Source: Gemmatimonadota bacterium (lineage in GTDB: Bacteria; JBHIER01; G020348925). Taken from it: a stretch of DNA of 64,000 bases. The notes beneath the pieces were generated by a model. The model saw only the letters and a program-made list of their open reading frames with translations, was not told the DNA's origin and searched no databases. The position numbers were made by a program, and so were the translations under genes. How positions within the stretch are numbered: the first letter of the stretch is position 1; each line of letters opens with the position of its first letter. Positions 10,809 to 21,900 of this stretch are shown piece after piece. Where the stretch lies: contig CP070758.1 of the NCBI GenBank assembly GCA_020348925.1, positions 1,568,469 to 1,632,468 of the forward strand. The letters are read 5' to 3'.

Positions 10809-13800
10809 TCACGGACTACACACACCAAGACCCAGGATGACACGAACGATTCCCACCACATCCAAAACGTTGATTCGATCATCACTATTACAGTCGGCTC
10901 TCCTGAGGCCATCTCCTCGCAAAGGCTTGGAACCTACAATGTGATTGATCGCAGCCATCACGTCCAGAACGTTCATTATGCCATCCCCGTTGACATCGCC
11001 TCTGGATATACTTGCAGTTTCAACGTGCCAATGGGTATCGGAATCGAAATCCGAAGGGCGATACGGATCGCTGTATATGCAACCCTGGTAATACAAACGC
11101 AGGGCATTATCAAGATTCTCGCGCAGTCCTTGCAGCCCTCGCCCGACACCCACAGCGTAGACGAACTTCAACGTGTCACCTGCGGGAAAATCAAACGGCC
11201 CGGTAGACTGAAGCCATCGATAATCGAAGACCGTAGCATTGAAATCAGGATGGCACGGGTTGACCATGTACCTCTTACCCTGCATGAAAACATGTCCCCC
11301 ATCCATGAACCCTAACTTCTCCGCATCGCTACCTGGATCGGCCTCCCAGTTCCACCAACTGTGACAATAGGGCATCATCAGACTATCGGAAAGAGCATCA
11401 TCGGTACCTGAGAAGTTATAATACGCCTCAGGGGCGTAAAGCCGATTCGGCGCGTAGATGAGCCGTCCGCCGATGTACCCTTCGCAGGGATAGGGTCTCT
11501 GATCCCGCTCCTGAAAATCGTTCTCAGGTGAACTCGGGTGATCGCCATCGTACATATAGGACATATTCCTCGGAACCGCAAACCCATATACAACTGTAGT
11601 ATCCATAACATCCGGATGCTTGAACGCGATCCGCTGCCCTCTCATCTCATCAATCAAGAGAGTATACTCGTCAGGAAACCCGTCCGGTTCGATGAGCGCT
11701 TCATTGTAACTTGGATTGTCGGGATCACCATAAGGTACACCCCACTCGTCGTAACCGGTATTCCCATCGCCGTCCCAGTCAAAAGGATCGACGACATCAC
11801 CTCTATCATAGGGTAAACCGGGATAGACTTGCGGTAACTCATCCGTCCTGGAATCCGAACCGTCCCATCCGTCATAATCGACCAGATCATCGATATGAGG
11901 ATCTGAAATGTCACCGTGACAGACATCGGCATCAAAAATCCAGGCGACAAAGAAATTTTCGTAATTCCTGATACTTGAATTGACGACAGAGATCTCAAGG
12001 GCCAAAAAATCATCGTACTCCGGATAGCTTTCCGGCCACATGAGCGCTTTCTGAAACACATTCAAGTTTAACGGGAAAACACCCAAGAGATTAGAACTAT
12101 CATTAAATGTGACACTCACCTCAAAATTTTCTATTCCAATCTCATAGTACTGTTCAGTTCCAATACCGCTGGGAGGATGAAATTCATAATTACCGTAATC
12201 GGCATGACTGACGCGTTCTTCGCCATCGACAATAGCTCCGGCCCAGAATCGCCCCTCCCAGTTGTAGTGATTTTCCGTCCCCCCAGGCCATTCGAAGTTA
12301 TGGTATGCAAAATCGGCGTTTCCGTACACACCGTGATCTGAGACTGCGGTCCACAACGTGGCAGTTTCTCCCAAGGTTCTGGGTGTTGCGAAGACTTCGT
12401 TGGAGTACTCACTCTCTCCCTCGGGATCCTCATAGACAGCCGTTACCACGTAGTAATACGTCTGGGTTGCTATAACACTGGCGTCCTCGTACCCTAAGGT
12501 ATTGGAGGAAGCGATCATCTCGTAAGGACCACCGGAGACATCGCCCCTGTAAACACGGTACTCCATAAGCCCTGTTTCTCGAAAGGTATTGCCTACACTG
12601 TCTGTGCGTTTTTCATAGAACAGCATTTTCCTTTTACCGATACTCCTTTTTAAAACTCCTTCGGTAAATGAACCTTCTGGATCTTTTTCTGATGAAAGAA
12701 ACGGAGGCACCCAGAACAGAGGGACTTTCTCAAGAGCCCGATCCTGTGCCGCAAGATTCCGTGGAGGAGGAAACACAGGATATTCATTGTGTACAAGGTA
12801 GCGGCTCTTGGACTGTGTGCCATCTTTGGCCCCCTTGTGTATGACTCCCAGAAACAGCGTCTCATACGCTTCGCCGAAATCGGAAACATCGATAGAGGTT
12901 TGATTCCGATCGTCCAATGTCAGAAATTCGAGGGGCAAATCGGGCTCCGACTCGAAGGGCATGAGATAAGGAGACCTTGTCTTTATTCCGATCAATCGGA
13001 AATTGTAGTCAAGATCTCCGTAGAAGTAAATGAAGGGATTATAGCAAGATAGAAAAGGATTTGTAAGGCACGGTGCAGGAGGTAGTACGATGATATAATC
13101 AGCAGACCACTGATGGCTTGAAAAAAAATACGGTGAAGTATCCAAAGTACCCCAGTATGTGAAGGTTTTTGCGTCGAGCACATATCCGGAGTCATAATAT
13201 TTAAATGAATATTTTCCTCCGTAAAACCAGTTCTCCGGTGCATCCAGAAACCAGGCCAACTGTTCATCGACAAACACGCTGTCAAAATCCACCTTAACGT
13301 AACCATTCGCTGCCAGAGCAGCGGTTACGACCTCAGTACCAGAATGTTCCGTATCGGCGGCCAAGGTCCGGATGACATCGATGCCGTAATGCTCGAAGAG
13401 ATACTGCATAAACATGACCGTTTTGACCTGATCCTGTATTTCAGGTTGTTCCCGACAATCATCGTTGGAGAGATGAGATTGGAGGTACCAGAGCAAAGGC
13501 TGTCTTGAGAAGATCCCCGGATTGGCCACGCCGTAACCGCAGAGAAACTGGGAGAGATATGTCAACCCCTCATGAAGCCAGCACTCCTCATCCGGATCAT
13601 TGCCATACAGAAGCAGATGGGTGAATTGTTGGGCCATACTCCAAAGCCCGTCTGTTCCAGGATCGAAGGGATTGCAGTCGATGTATATCATCTCGCGAGC
13701 GTTGCTGTGTGAGTTTTCGGCCCTGTTGAGCTGGTTGACCGGATCGAAATAACCTGGCATAGCGGCTGCTCCCATACCCTCCGTACAATCCAGTATGAGA

Positions 13801-14207
13801 ATATAGATTCGGGGATCCCCATCAACATCCGGCGGTAATCCGTACATATCGGTAAGTTCGTCGTAGACACCTCGCGTATCGCTTAATATTCCACTCGCTG
13901 TGTCATCGGCGGCCGGTGTCACTTCCTCAAATGCCTCCAGAATGGCAACCACGTCATTCGAGTCAATGTTTCCTTTGTTCCAGCTCGAATCCTGAACCCA
14001 GACATAACAATGATCCCCTATTGCCCTGAGGGTCATACGGGTCCTGTAATATTCCCTGAAAAAGTGAAAGTCATAGGCCCAGAAGCTGGCCGTATCGCCG
14101 ACTTCCCATGGCTGGGTCACTCCCGGTTCAACAAGAACTGCTATCATTATGATACTAACGGCCACTATAGTCCAGAGTTCTCCCCTTTCGCTATGAAAAA
14201 ACATCAC
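10809..14207 (-). CDS. Large secreted protein: degenerate M30/immune-inhibitor-like metallopeptidase domain, FN3, uncharacterised domain, C-terminal dockerin
   Basis: Signal peptide; PPDVDGDPRIYIL, GYFDPVNQ..SNAREMIYID, AQQFTH..EECWLHEGL; YRVYR...YYYVVTAVY..ESEYSNEV (FN3); GDVNGDGIMNVLDV / ADCNSDDRINVLDV. Confidence 0.8.
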   Translation of the reverse strand: MMFFHSERGELWTIVAVSIIMIAVLVEPGVTQPWEVGDTASFWAYDFHFFREYYRTRMTLRAIGDHCYVWVQDSSWNKGNIDSNDVVAILEAFEEVTPAADDTASGILSDTRGVYDELTDMYGLPPDVDGDPRIYILILDCTEGMGAAAMPGYFDPVNQLNRAENSHSNAREMIYIDCNPFDPGTDGLWSMAQQFTHLLLYGNDPDEECWLHEGLTYLSQFLCGYGVANPGIFSRQPLLWYLQSHLSNDDCREQPEIQDQVKTVMFMQYLFEHYGIDVIRTLAADTEHSGTEVVTAALAANGYVKVDFDSVFVDEQLAWFLDAPENWFYGGKYSFKYYDSGYVLDAKTFTYWGTLDTSPYFFSSHQWSADYIIVLPPAPCLTNPFLSCYNPFIYFYGDLDYNFRLIGIKTRSPYLMPFESEPDLPLEFLTLDDRNQTSIDVSDFGEAYETLFLGVIHKGAKDGTQSKSRYLVHNEYPVFPPPRNLAAQDRALEKVPLFWVPPFLSSEKDPEGSFTEGVLKRSIGKRKMLFYEKRTDSVGNTFRETGLMEYRVYRGDVSGGPYEMIASSNTLGYEDASVIATQTYYYVVTAVYEDPEGESEYSNEVFATPRTLGETATLWTAVSDHGVYGNADFAYHNFEWPGGTENHYNWEGRFWAGAIVDGEERVSHADYGNYEFHPPSGIGTEQYYEIGIENFEVSVTFNDSSNLLGVFPLNLNVFQKALMWPESYPEYDDFLALEISVVNSSIRNYENFFVAWIFDADVCHGDISDPHIDDLVDYDGWDGSDSRTDELPQVYPGLPYDRGDVVDPFDWDGDGNTGYDEWGVPYGDPDNPSYNEALIEPDGFPDEYTLLIDEMRGQRIAFKHPDVMDTTVVYGFAVPRNMSYMYDGDHPSSPENDFQERDQRPYPCEGYIGGRLIYAPNRLYAPEAYYNFSGTDDALSDSLMMPYCHSWWNWEADPGSDAEKLGFMDGGHVFMQGKRYMVNPCHPDFNATVFDYRWLQSTGPFDFPAGDTLKFVYAVGVGRGLQGLRENLDNALRLYYQGCIYSDPYRPSDFDSDTHWHVETASISRGDVNGDGIMNVLDVMAAINHIVGSKPLRGDGLRRADCNSDDRINVLDVVGIVRVILGLGVCSP

Positions 14208-14442
14208 TCATCATCCCCCTTGATACATTGAGTAAGATGTAACACGCAACGGACTTGTTCTTGCAGATTAGTACCATCTTCGAACAAAAACTTCTACTCC
14301 TACTTGAGCAGCATCATACTTCTCGTCTCCAACCATTGCCCATTGTTCACTACTACTCTACAGACATACACCTCGCTGTGAGAAAAATAGGAACAGGCTA
14401 CCCTTCTATAAATGCAATAAAACAGTAAACATGTGACTCTAA

Positions 14443-14512
14443 TCTTACTTCCTGCTTCTTATTTCTTGCCTCTTGTCTCCTGCTTGCTGCTTCTTGTTTC
14501 TTATTTCTTGCA
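14443..14512. repeat. Degenerate heptamer tandem repeat (about 10 units, TCYTGYY-like)
   Basis: tcttact tcctgct tcttatt tcttgcc tcttgtc tcctgct tgctgct tcttgtt tcttatt tcttgca. Confidence 0.7.
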
Positions 14513-14558
14513 TTTTTCTTTATGCCTCAGATGCTTTTCTCTGTTCTCAGCGTAAAGA

Positions 14559-16670
14559 TCAAGGACTACACTCCTCAATACCCAGAATCGCACGAACGAT
14601 TCCCACGACATCCAATACGGTGATCTGCCCGTCACTATTACAATCTGCCCGGATGAACATTTCGCCTTTTAGGAGTTGCAGACCAATGATATGATGTACT
14701 ACTTTTATCACATCCAAGGCATCGACCACTCCGTCACTGTTGACATCACCTTTAAAGGGAAGTTCGACCGGCTCATAAATACTAAAACCTTCATTCCCTT
14801 CAGCAATGTAAATATTTTCGTCTTTCATTTTTAGGCTATACGGAGTCCCTCTTGTTTGGAATTTTCCCACAAAAACGGGATTCGTTTTCTCAGTAACATC
14901 AAATATTTGCACTCCCTCTCTCTCGGACATATAGACTATACTGTCTTCCACAACTAAATCGAGATCATACGAGTCGCATCCAACCTCAAGGGTCATCTCA
15001 TAAATAATAAACGGATAAACTCGATTAGAAATATCAATAATCATAAGCCACGCAAGATCTCCAAATCCAACGCTGTGAGCTAAGTATGCAAAGTTGCCCT
15101 CAATTGCCAGGGAAATACCACCGCCTTCAATAGGTATCGGAAGATCTATTGTACCAAGCACAGTTGGTTGGTGGATATCAGTGACATCAATGATATTGAA
15201 TCCGTCTCCAAAGACTGCATAATACAAAATGTTTCCATCAGCAATAAGATTTCTTGCGAACCGATTTCTTATATTTGTCAAAAGGTATGGCTCCAATGGA
15301 TCGGAAATATCGACCACCCAAATCCCGCTGCTTGAAATACTACTTGAAAAATACGTCACGTAGGCCCTACTTCTGTTTATGGCAATCTCATCAGGACTTT
15401 CGTCTAATGACAAGCTACTTACTAGGAAGATTTCTTGAGGATCAGAAATATCGAAAATCAGCAATCCAATCTCATTATCCACAACGTAGGCATAATGATC
15501 CTTTATTTCAACATCGGAGAACGCACCCTGTGATTCAATGATGTCTGAGAGTTTCAGATTGGCGGGATCTGACATGTCCACAACATACAATCCCATTCTC
15601 TCGTTTGCAATAAAGGCAAAATTATCTTTAAGATCGAAATTCTTGGCCGAGCCATATGTTTCAATTTCCCCCAATTCAGTAATTGAAGAAGCAGTTGAAA
15701 CATCGATCACTTTAACGCCAAAACTTCCCTTTGCTAAAAAACAGGTATTGTCAAGCAACTCAATATCATTATACCAGCCAGAACCAAAATTGCCGATCAT
15801 TTCTGGACTCAAAGGATCGGAAGCATCAAGTATGACGAATCCATTTCTACAATAGGCCAGATATGCAACTGCATCGTTCGCTTCTATATCGTTTATGCAA
15901 TCATCAAAATCGAACTTACTCTTGTATGTTGGTCTTTCTTTATTCGAAACATCGATAATTTGAACACCTTCCAAATCAGCCCAGAGAAATGCAAGATCAC
16001 CCGATACTCTTATTCGGCTGCCTGAACCCTCAGTGTGCATGAAACTGCTGATTAGATTAAAATGGTCAAGATCGTAGATATGAAGGCTTTCAGTGTATCT
16101 TCTGTTATCTGCCACATACAGGTAATCTCCCTCCACGTCGAGGTCGTAAAAATATCCATTGCTGTGAGCAGGAATTTCGTACTCCAGAATCGGTGATATT
16201 GGATTGGAAATATCCAGTATTCCAATTCCGTCAAATCTTCTGGCAACATAGATACGGTCGCCTTCTATCTCAACGTCCGCTGCATCTCCTCCCACTTGAA
16301 CCGGATCGTATCGCAGAGGATGTGTTGGATCCGAATAGTCGACAGCGAATAACTCTCCCGTGATGTAATATGAGGCGTACAGGATACCATTCTTTACCTC
16401 AATGTCGTCCACCTCCATGTCCAATCCTGACAGAAACATCGGATTCGAAACGTCTGAAATGTCGTACACTCGGACACCACTACTGGTGAGAACATACATG
16501 AAATTATTATCAAGTTCGATATCTCTCGCTCCCCCAGTAGCAATATTGAAATCAAGATTTGACTTGAGAGTGTATAAACTATCACTGTTTTTTGCAGATA
16601 CAAAATTCAGCGGTAGGAACAAGAAAAATAGCCATATTCCGACTATTTCTTTAAATCCGTTATAAAACAT
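14559..16670 (-). CDS. Secreted LVIVD-repeat beta-propeller protein with C-terminal dockerin
   Basis: Many G(L/V)x(I/V)(I/V)D(V/I)S(D/N)P repeats; signal peptide after MFYNG (GAGGGG RBS); GDVNSDGVVDALDV / ADCNSDGQITVLDV. Confidence 0.88.
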   Translation of the reverse strand: MFYNGFKEIVGIWLFFLFLPLNFVSAKNSDSLYTLKSNLDFNIATGGARDIELDNNFMYVLTSSGVRVYDISDVSNPMFLSGLDMEVDDIEVKNGILYASYYITGELFAVDYSDPTHPLRYDPVQVGGDAADVEIEGDRIYVARRFDGIGILDISNPISPILEYEIPAHSNGYFYDLDVEGDYLYVADNRRYTESLHIYDLDHFNLISSFMHTEGSGSRIRVSGDLAFLWADLEGVQIIDVSNKERPTYKSKFDFDDCINDIEANDAVAYLAYCRNGFVILDASDPLSPEMIGNFGSGWYNDIELLDNTCFLAKGSFGVKVIDVSTASSITELGEIETYGSAKNFDLKDNFAFIANERMGLYVVDMSDPANLKLSDIIESQGAFSDVEIKDHYAYVVDNEIGLLIFDISDPQEIFLVSSLSLDESPDEIAINRSRAYVTYFSSSISSSGIWVVDISDPLEPYLLTNIRNRFARNLIADGNILYYAVFGDGFNIIDVTDIHQPTVLGTIDLPIPIEGGGISLAIEGNFAYLAHSVGFGDLAWLMIIDISNRVYPFIIYEMTLEVGCDSYDLDLVVEDSIVYMSEREGVQIFDVTEKTNPVFVGKFQTRGTPYSLKMKDENIYIAEGNEGFSIYEPVELPFKGDVNSDGVVDALDVIKVVHHIIGLQLLKGEMFIRADCNSDGQITVLDVVGIVRAILGIEECSP

Positions 16671-16871
16671 CAAACTCACCCCTCTCGAGTGGATTATCTG
16701 AGTAATACCATTCTCTTCGTCTCCGACCACTGTCCACTGCCTACTGTCAACCGATTAAAATAGATCCCTCTTGGAACTTCTATTTCTGAAATATCTCATC
16801 TATCTCGTGAAACACGATGATATCCAGTCCCACTCTGCTTATTTGCCCTAAAAGAATTATTTACTTTAACC

Positions 16872-18260
16872 TCAATCCGGCCGTGTGACAAAGGAGAACT
16901 CGTACGGTTCTTTTAAGGGAGTCCCGAAGTAATCCGTAACGGCGGCATCTATAGATATCGTGTATTTCGTCAAGGGTTGGAGTATTATAGGATAGTATCG
17001 GACCTGTTGATTGTAATCCTTCCACTCAAATCTACCGCCTACGTCCGGGCTGATCGAGAAGGCACCCGAGAAGGTGGAGACGACCACGTACGTATTGAAA
17101 TTGATATAGATCGTTGGCGTGCGCTCGATGAACACATCGCCGTTATCGGGAAACGTCCCCGTTATCACAAAGGGCTCGGTGGTAAAAGAGAATTGAAAAG
17201 GCTCTTCAAGAGAAACACCATCCAAGTCCTTGGCCGTGGCATCGATCGTAAGGACATAGAGAGTATCGGCCATCAACGGGCCACCGGTATATATCTTCAG
17301 CTTATTGTCCTCAGGCCAAAGATAGATGACGTCCGTCACCGGCGTCATTGTGATAGCGTTCTCCACAGAAACCTGGTCCATTCTCTTGGGAAATGTTACA
17401 TAAATACTTTCGTAATTCCTGAGACCCACATTCTCGGCACCGTCGCCCGGATCCGAAAGAATCGCCGTCTGAGTCTGAGTAGACTCAATGGTTCGAAACC
17501 TGTATTCCAGAGCAAAGAGGAGATGATTTCCCGCCGTATCATGTGCGGCTGTGGATAAGATGATCCGATATTCAGTATTTGGATCCACATACCTGGATTC
17601 CATTCTGTACTGGAGGCATCGAATATGAGTGAAGGTCGTGATATCAGCCGGTTCACTGCCAGGTATGTCTGGCCATGGTACCAAATTACCCCAGCCCTCA
17701 TCCCAGTAATAGTAATAATAGTATGGATTCCAAATACTCTGGCTCCAGTAGAAGGTTCCCTCCGTGGGTGGTTCCGTGGAGAAAGCTTCTTCAACACTTT
17801 CGCGATCCATGGCGTCTGTGAAGTTAATGATCACAGAAATTCCATAATACGAGGAAACCACAATTTCGGCGTTGTCGTCCGGATAATAGGAGTATATGAG
17901 ATCCGGCAGTTTCGAGAGACTTATCTCACCGACATAGGTGATGCTCTCGTCGAAAACCATAACATCCTCCTGATACGTCCCATAGCTTTCGGCCATAATG
18001 AGCATGTCGTAATTTCCTGCCGTGAGACTGTCGAATTCGAAGGCCCCGGTCTCCGGGTCGATGACGGTCGAATCAACAATGACCACCTGCTTCACGTAGA
18101 TCCTCGCCCCGCTTTCCTTCTGAACAACAACTCCGACAATTTTTCCACATGGTGAGCCGGGATTATTCTCATAGACAATCCGCTCCGTCTCTTTGGTACA
18201 ACTGACGACGAAGCACAACGCAACTGACAATACGATGGCACATCTTATGAAGGTGCGCAT
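16872..18260 (-). CDS. Lipoprotein with carboxypeptidase-regulatory-like domain and three bacterial Ig-like (Big_5/SbsA-type) domains
   Basis: AGGAGG RBS, lipobox VVSC; repeated PxDGAxNV..I.vxF..xMD..SVE.A...D..G..L..PyxFsFxT units. Confidence 0.8.
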   Translation of the reverse strand: MRTFIRCAIVLSVALCFVVSCTKETERIVYENNPGSPCGKIVGVVVQKESGARIYVKQVVIVDSTVIDPETGAFEFDSLTAGNYDMLIMAESYGTYQEDVMVFDESITYVGEISLSKLPDLIYSYYPDDNAEIVVSSYYGISVIINFTDAMDRESVEEAFSTEPPTEGTFYWSQSIWNPYYYYYYWDEGWGNLVPWPDIPGSEPADITTFTHIRCLQYRMESRYVDPNTEYRIILSTAAHDTAGNHLLFALEYRFRTIESTQTQTAILSDPGDGAENVGLRNYESIYVTFPKRMDQVSVENAITMTPVTDVIYLWPEDNKLKIYTGGPLMADTLYVLTIDATAKDLDGVSLEEPFQFSFTTEPFVITGTFPDNGDVFIERTPTIYINFNTYVVVSTFSGAFSISPDVGGRFEWKDYNQQVRYYPIILQPLTKYTISIDAAVTDYFGTPLKEPYEFSFVTRPD

Positions 18261-18510
18261 GACAACTCCTCCTTGATATAATTGGTTTACCATTTTCGAT
18301 ATCTTCCTTTGTTCTCTTAATATTTTGGGTTCTCCAAAGAATATGTAGGTTGTCATATGGTCTTATCCTGAAAAATATCAGACAGGTTATCGTATATTTC
18401 GGATTTCCATATATAACAAGAAACATACCATGGGGACGTTTTGAATCTTGAATGCACTGAAGCCTGAGTCGTTCAGATCATCCGACGCCTGAAGCATTAG
18501 TCATCCTCTT

Positions 18511-18699
18511 GCCCTGAAACCTGAGCCGTTGGATCGACCGGTGAGCGAAGCGGATGTTTTTCCGGCTGTCTGAGTTCGACCATAGGGAAGGACGAGTTTC
18601 GGAAAAACAGCGAAGCGAACCGTAGACGATCCCGGCGAAGGTTTATTGGGCTGTCCTTTCTATTGCTTCATTTTCTTTGGACAGACAAAGAAAATGAAG
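18511..18699. repeat. Highly structured intergenic element (nested inverted repeats, two GCGAAGC mini-hairpins, 14-bp terminal stem)
   Basis: Pairings gccc/gggc, aaacct/aggttt, gccg/cggc, ggatcg/cgatcc, tgtttttccg/cggaaaaaca; cttcattttctttg-gacaga-caaagaaaatgaag. Confidence 0.7.
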
Positions 18700-18953
18700 A
18701 ATGAAAAATGGATATGGTACTCTTTTCTTTTTCATTGTGAGTAAAGTTGTTCTTGGACAGCAAAGGAAAAGAAAACAATGTGTCATTTATCATCTACCTG
18801 ACCTTTCATTCGCCTAAACGATCCAGAATTTAAAGCATCACCGAAATGTATCAGGGTACGCACCCATACATTCTTGCGACGAGCCAATATTTAGTGTCAG
18901 ATACTCAATACACGTTGACTTATGGATGATGTGTAGCCACACAGAAAACGGTG

Positions 18954-21900
18954 CTACTTTAAAAGAACCATGCACCTGCAGGCCGAGAAAGGACCGGTCT
19001 CAATTCGGTAGAAGTAGATTCCGCTGGATGCGCCGGACCCATCCCACCTGACCGCATGAAAGCCCGCAGCCAGTTCTCCATCAAATAGCACATCCACCAC
19101 CTGACCCAACGTATTGTATATTTCGACCTTGACCCGTGCAGCCTCCGGAAGCGTATACCCAATCGTCGTCACCGGATTAAAGGGATTCGGGTAATTCTGA
19201 TGAAGAACATATTTCTCCGGGGTACGATCCGCACTCGACTCAATCTCAAAAGGCGGCCGGGGCGGGTGCGAACCGAACTTGTCTCGAAAAGCATCCATGT
19301 CCGTTTCCTCAATCCCTTGAACCGAACCGAACGAGGGACAACACCCCACGGCTACGATGCACTCTTGCCCAACGGCTATCCAATACCCCTCAGTCGGCAT
19401 CAACGTCTGTGCCTCATAATAATCAGATACTGGATCCCATCCGAACCCTGCCAAAACAGAACCGTGCGGACTGTCGCACGGATCGCAGAAGTCGACCTCC
19501 TCCATCACAGAACCGATCAAATGCCAGCCCTCACCAAAATGTTCGGCATAACAATATGTGGGATAACCACGGATCGCCGTCGTGCAGGCCGAAGCAATTG
19601 CCAGCCAATATCCCCTCCTCGGCTCCATGTGTGAAACCTGATAATAGCCGAAACCAGGCTCCCAACCGTAAGCGTCTATGGCTGAGGGAAAGAGCGTACG
19701 CACATCGCGGGTTCCCATACACTCCACCGGGTCCACAGGAAGCGAGACGAGATACCATTCACCTCCAACAGCATCAAAATCAAACGTCACAGCCACACAC
19801 CGACGAAACTCAATGACGATATCTCTGTTTTCTGAAAAAGAGTATGAGCTTTCCGAGCACATATCCACGCCGTCAAGAGTGAAATCTCCCTCATCGCAGG
19901 GAAGGCTATCAGCCTCCCACATGATTGTTGTCGTCGTACCCTCGGCATTGACCACCTTGAGCAGCCAACGCAGTATGGGCTGGGTAGCATCAGATGGTGG
20001 CCATTCCTTCGTGTCCCTGCAGAGCCAGTGGGGAAAGGCATCGATCCAAAAGGAGGCGTAGTACTCGAAACCGGGCGGCGGGCAGATGGAATCGTATGTG
20101 GCGTCGTATCCAACTGTTCCGCCACCGTGCACCCCAAAGGTTCTAAGAAACTCTTTTGAATCTCCGGCTATGGTCAACGGAACAGACCAGCCCCCTCCAG
20201 GAAGATGTGCCGATTCAACGATAGTAAGATACTGATCGGCTGGGACATCGGTCAAGACCTGCACAATCCCACTCGGCCAGCGAATGACGATCGAATCAAC
20301 TTGGGTGTGTTGTCCCAATCCAAACTCAACCGGGATGCTGTTCTGTCCGTAGTTCCCTGAACGTCCTCCGACTTCACGCGTCTGTCTCAGATCACCGGCA
20401 ACAAGCGCAACCCTGGCTCCAATGCCGTCCCTGTTGCTGATTGTCCCCACCGTCCTCACAACAAGCCAGTGATTCCCACTTGTATTGTTTTGATACAGGA
20501 TATTTGTCCTGTCACTGTTGACGACATAGATGTCAAGATCTCCATCATTATCATAGTCACCCCACCCTGTCCCGAGCCCGTACCCCTGATCATCGACCCC
20601 GGTTTCACGGGCGACATCTGTAAACGTACCATCACCGTTATTTTGATACAACACATTCGCTTGCCCTCTATTCGCCAGATAGATATCCAGATCGCCATCG
20701 TTATCGCAATCACCAAAACGGGCATCGGCACCTTTATTTATGTCGCCTACTCCTGCATTTTCCGTAACGTCGGTAAACGTCCCATCACCGTTGTTCCGAT
20801 AGAGGATATTGGGATCAGTATAGTTATACCCGTAGTTGCACAGGTACAGATCGAGATCGCCATCATTGTCAAAATCCCCGAACTCAGGACAGGAGGAATG
20901 TCCGGGATGGCCGAGCATGGCCATCGACGTCACATCTGAAAATGTGCCGTCCCCGTTATTACGGTATAAAATATCCGGATAACCTTGGTTCCCGACATAG
21001 AGATCCGCATCTCCATCGTTATCGTAGTCCGCGAAGGCAACACCTGTGCCGTATCCGGTATCGCCGACCCCTGCTCTCGGTGTCACATCTGTGAAGGTTC
21101 CATCTCCGTTATTTTTATATAAAACATTGGCTCCTGTATGGACAGAAATGTAAATATCAAGATAGCCGTCATTATTATAGTCCCCAATAGCGGTTCCCCC
21201 ATTCCACCCGGTGTGGCCGAGACCAGCATCGTGGGTCACATCTGTAAAAGTCCCATCGCCGTCATTGCGGTAAAGAATGTCCGCGGAATAATAATTTTCC
21301 ACATAAATATCGAGATCACCATCGTTGTCATAATCGAAGAACGCCGCCCCCGTACCTTCTGCAGGCTGATCGACTCCTGCCTGAATGGCAACATCCGTGA
21401 ACGTGCCATGCCCGTTATTGCGATAGAGAATATTTGGACCGTCATTCGTGATGTACATATCCAAATATCCGTCTCCGTCATAATCCCCCCACGCCACGCC
21501 ATAACCCTTCCCTCTGTAACCAACCCCGGCGAGAGATGCGACATTTGTGAAAATAAAATCAGTCTCCTCGGTCACTTCAAGGTATTGATCGGCCGGAACA
21601 TCGGTCAAGACTTGAACCGCCCCGCTCGGCCAGCGAATGATGACCGAATCGGCCTGGGTGTAGTGACCCAGTCCGAATGCAACCTCGAGGCTGTTTTGAC
21701 AACCCCATCCACCTTTCCCACTCACTTCCCGCACCTGGAAAAGCGAGCCGGCGTGCAGAGTAATCTGTGCACCATAACCATCTCTGTTACTGATCGTCCC
21801 TACTGTCTTGACGACAAGCCAGTGGTTCAAATTGCCCTTGTTCCTGAAGAGGTGGTTTCCAAGACCACTCCCATCCTTCAAAAAGAGATCGAGATCCCCG

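Noticed and set aside
18415-18431. Sigma54-like site TGGTATGTTTCTTGT on the minus strand
   Set aside because: The -12 element is GT rather than the conserved GC; too weak to call
18555-18610. Hammerhead-like ribozyme in the structured element
   Set aside because: GAAA is present on the minus strand but the CUGAUGA core is absent
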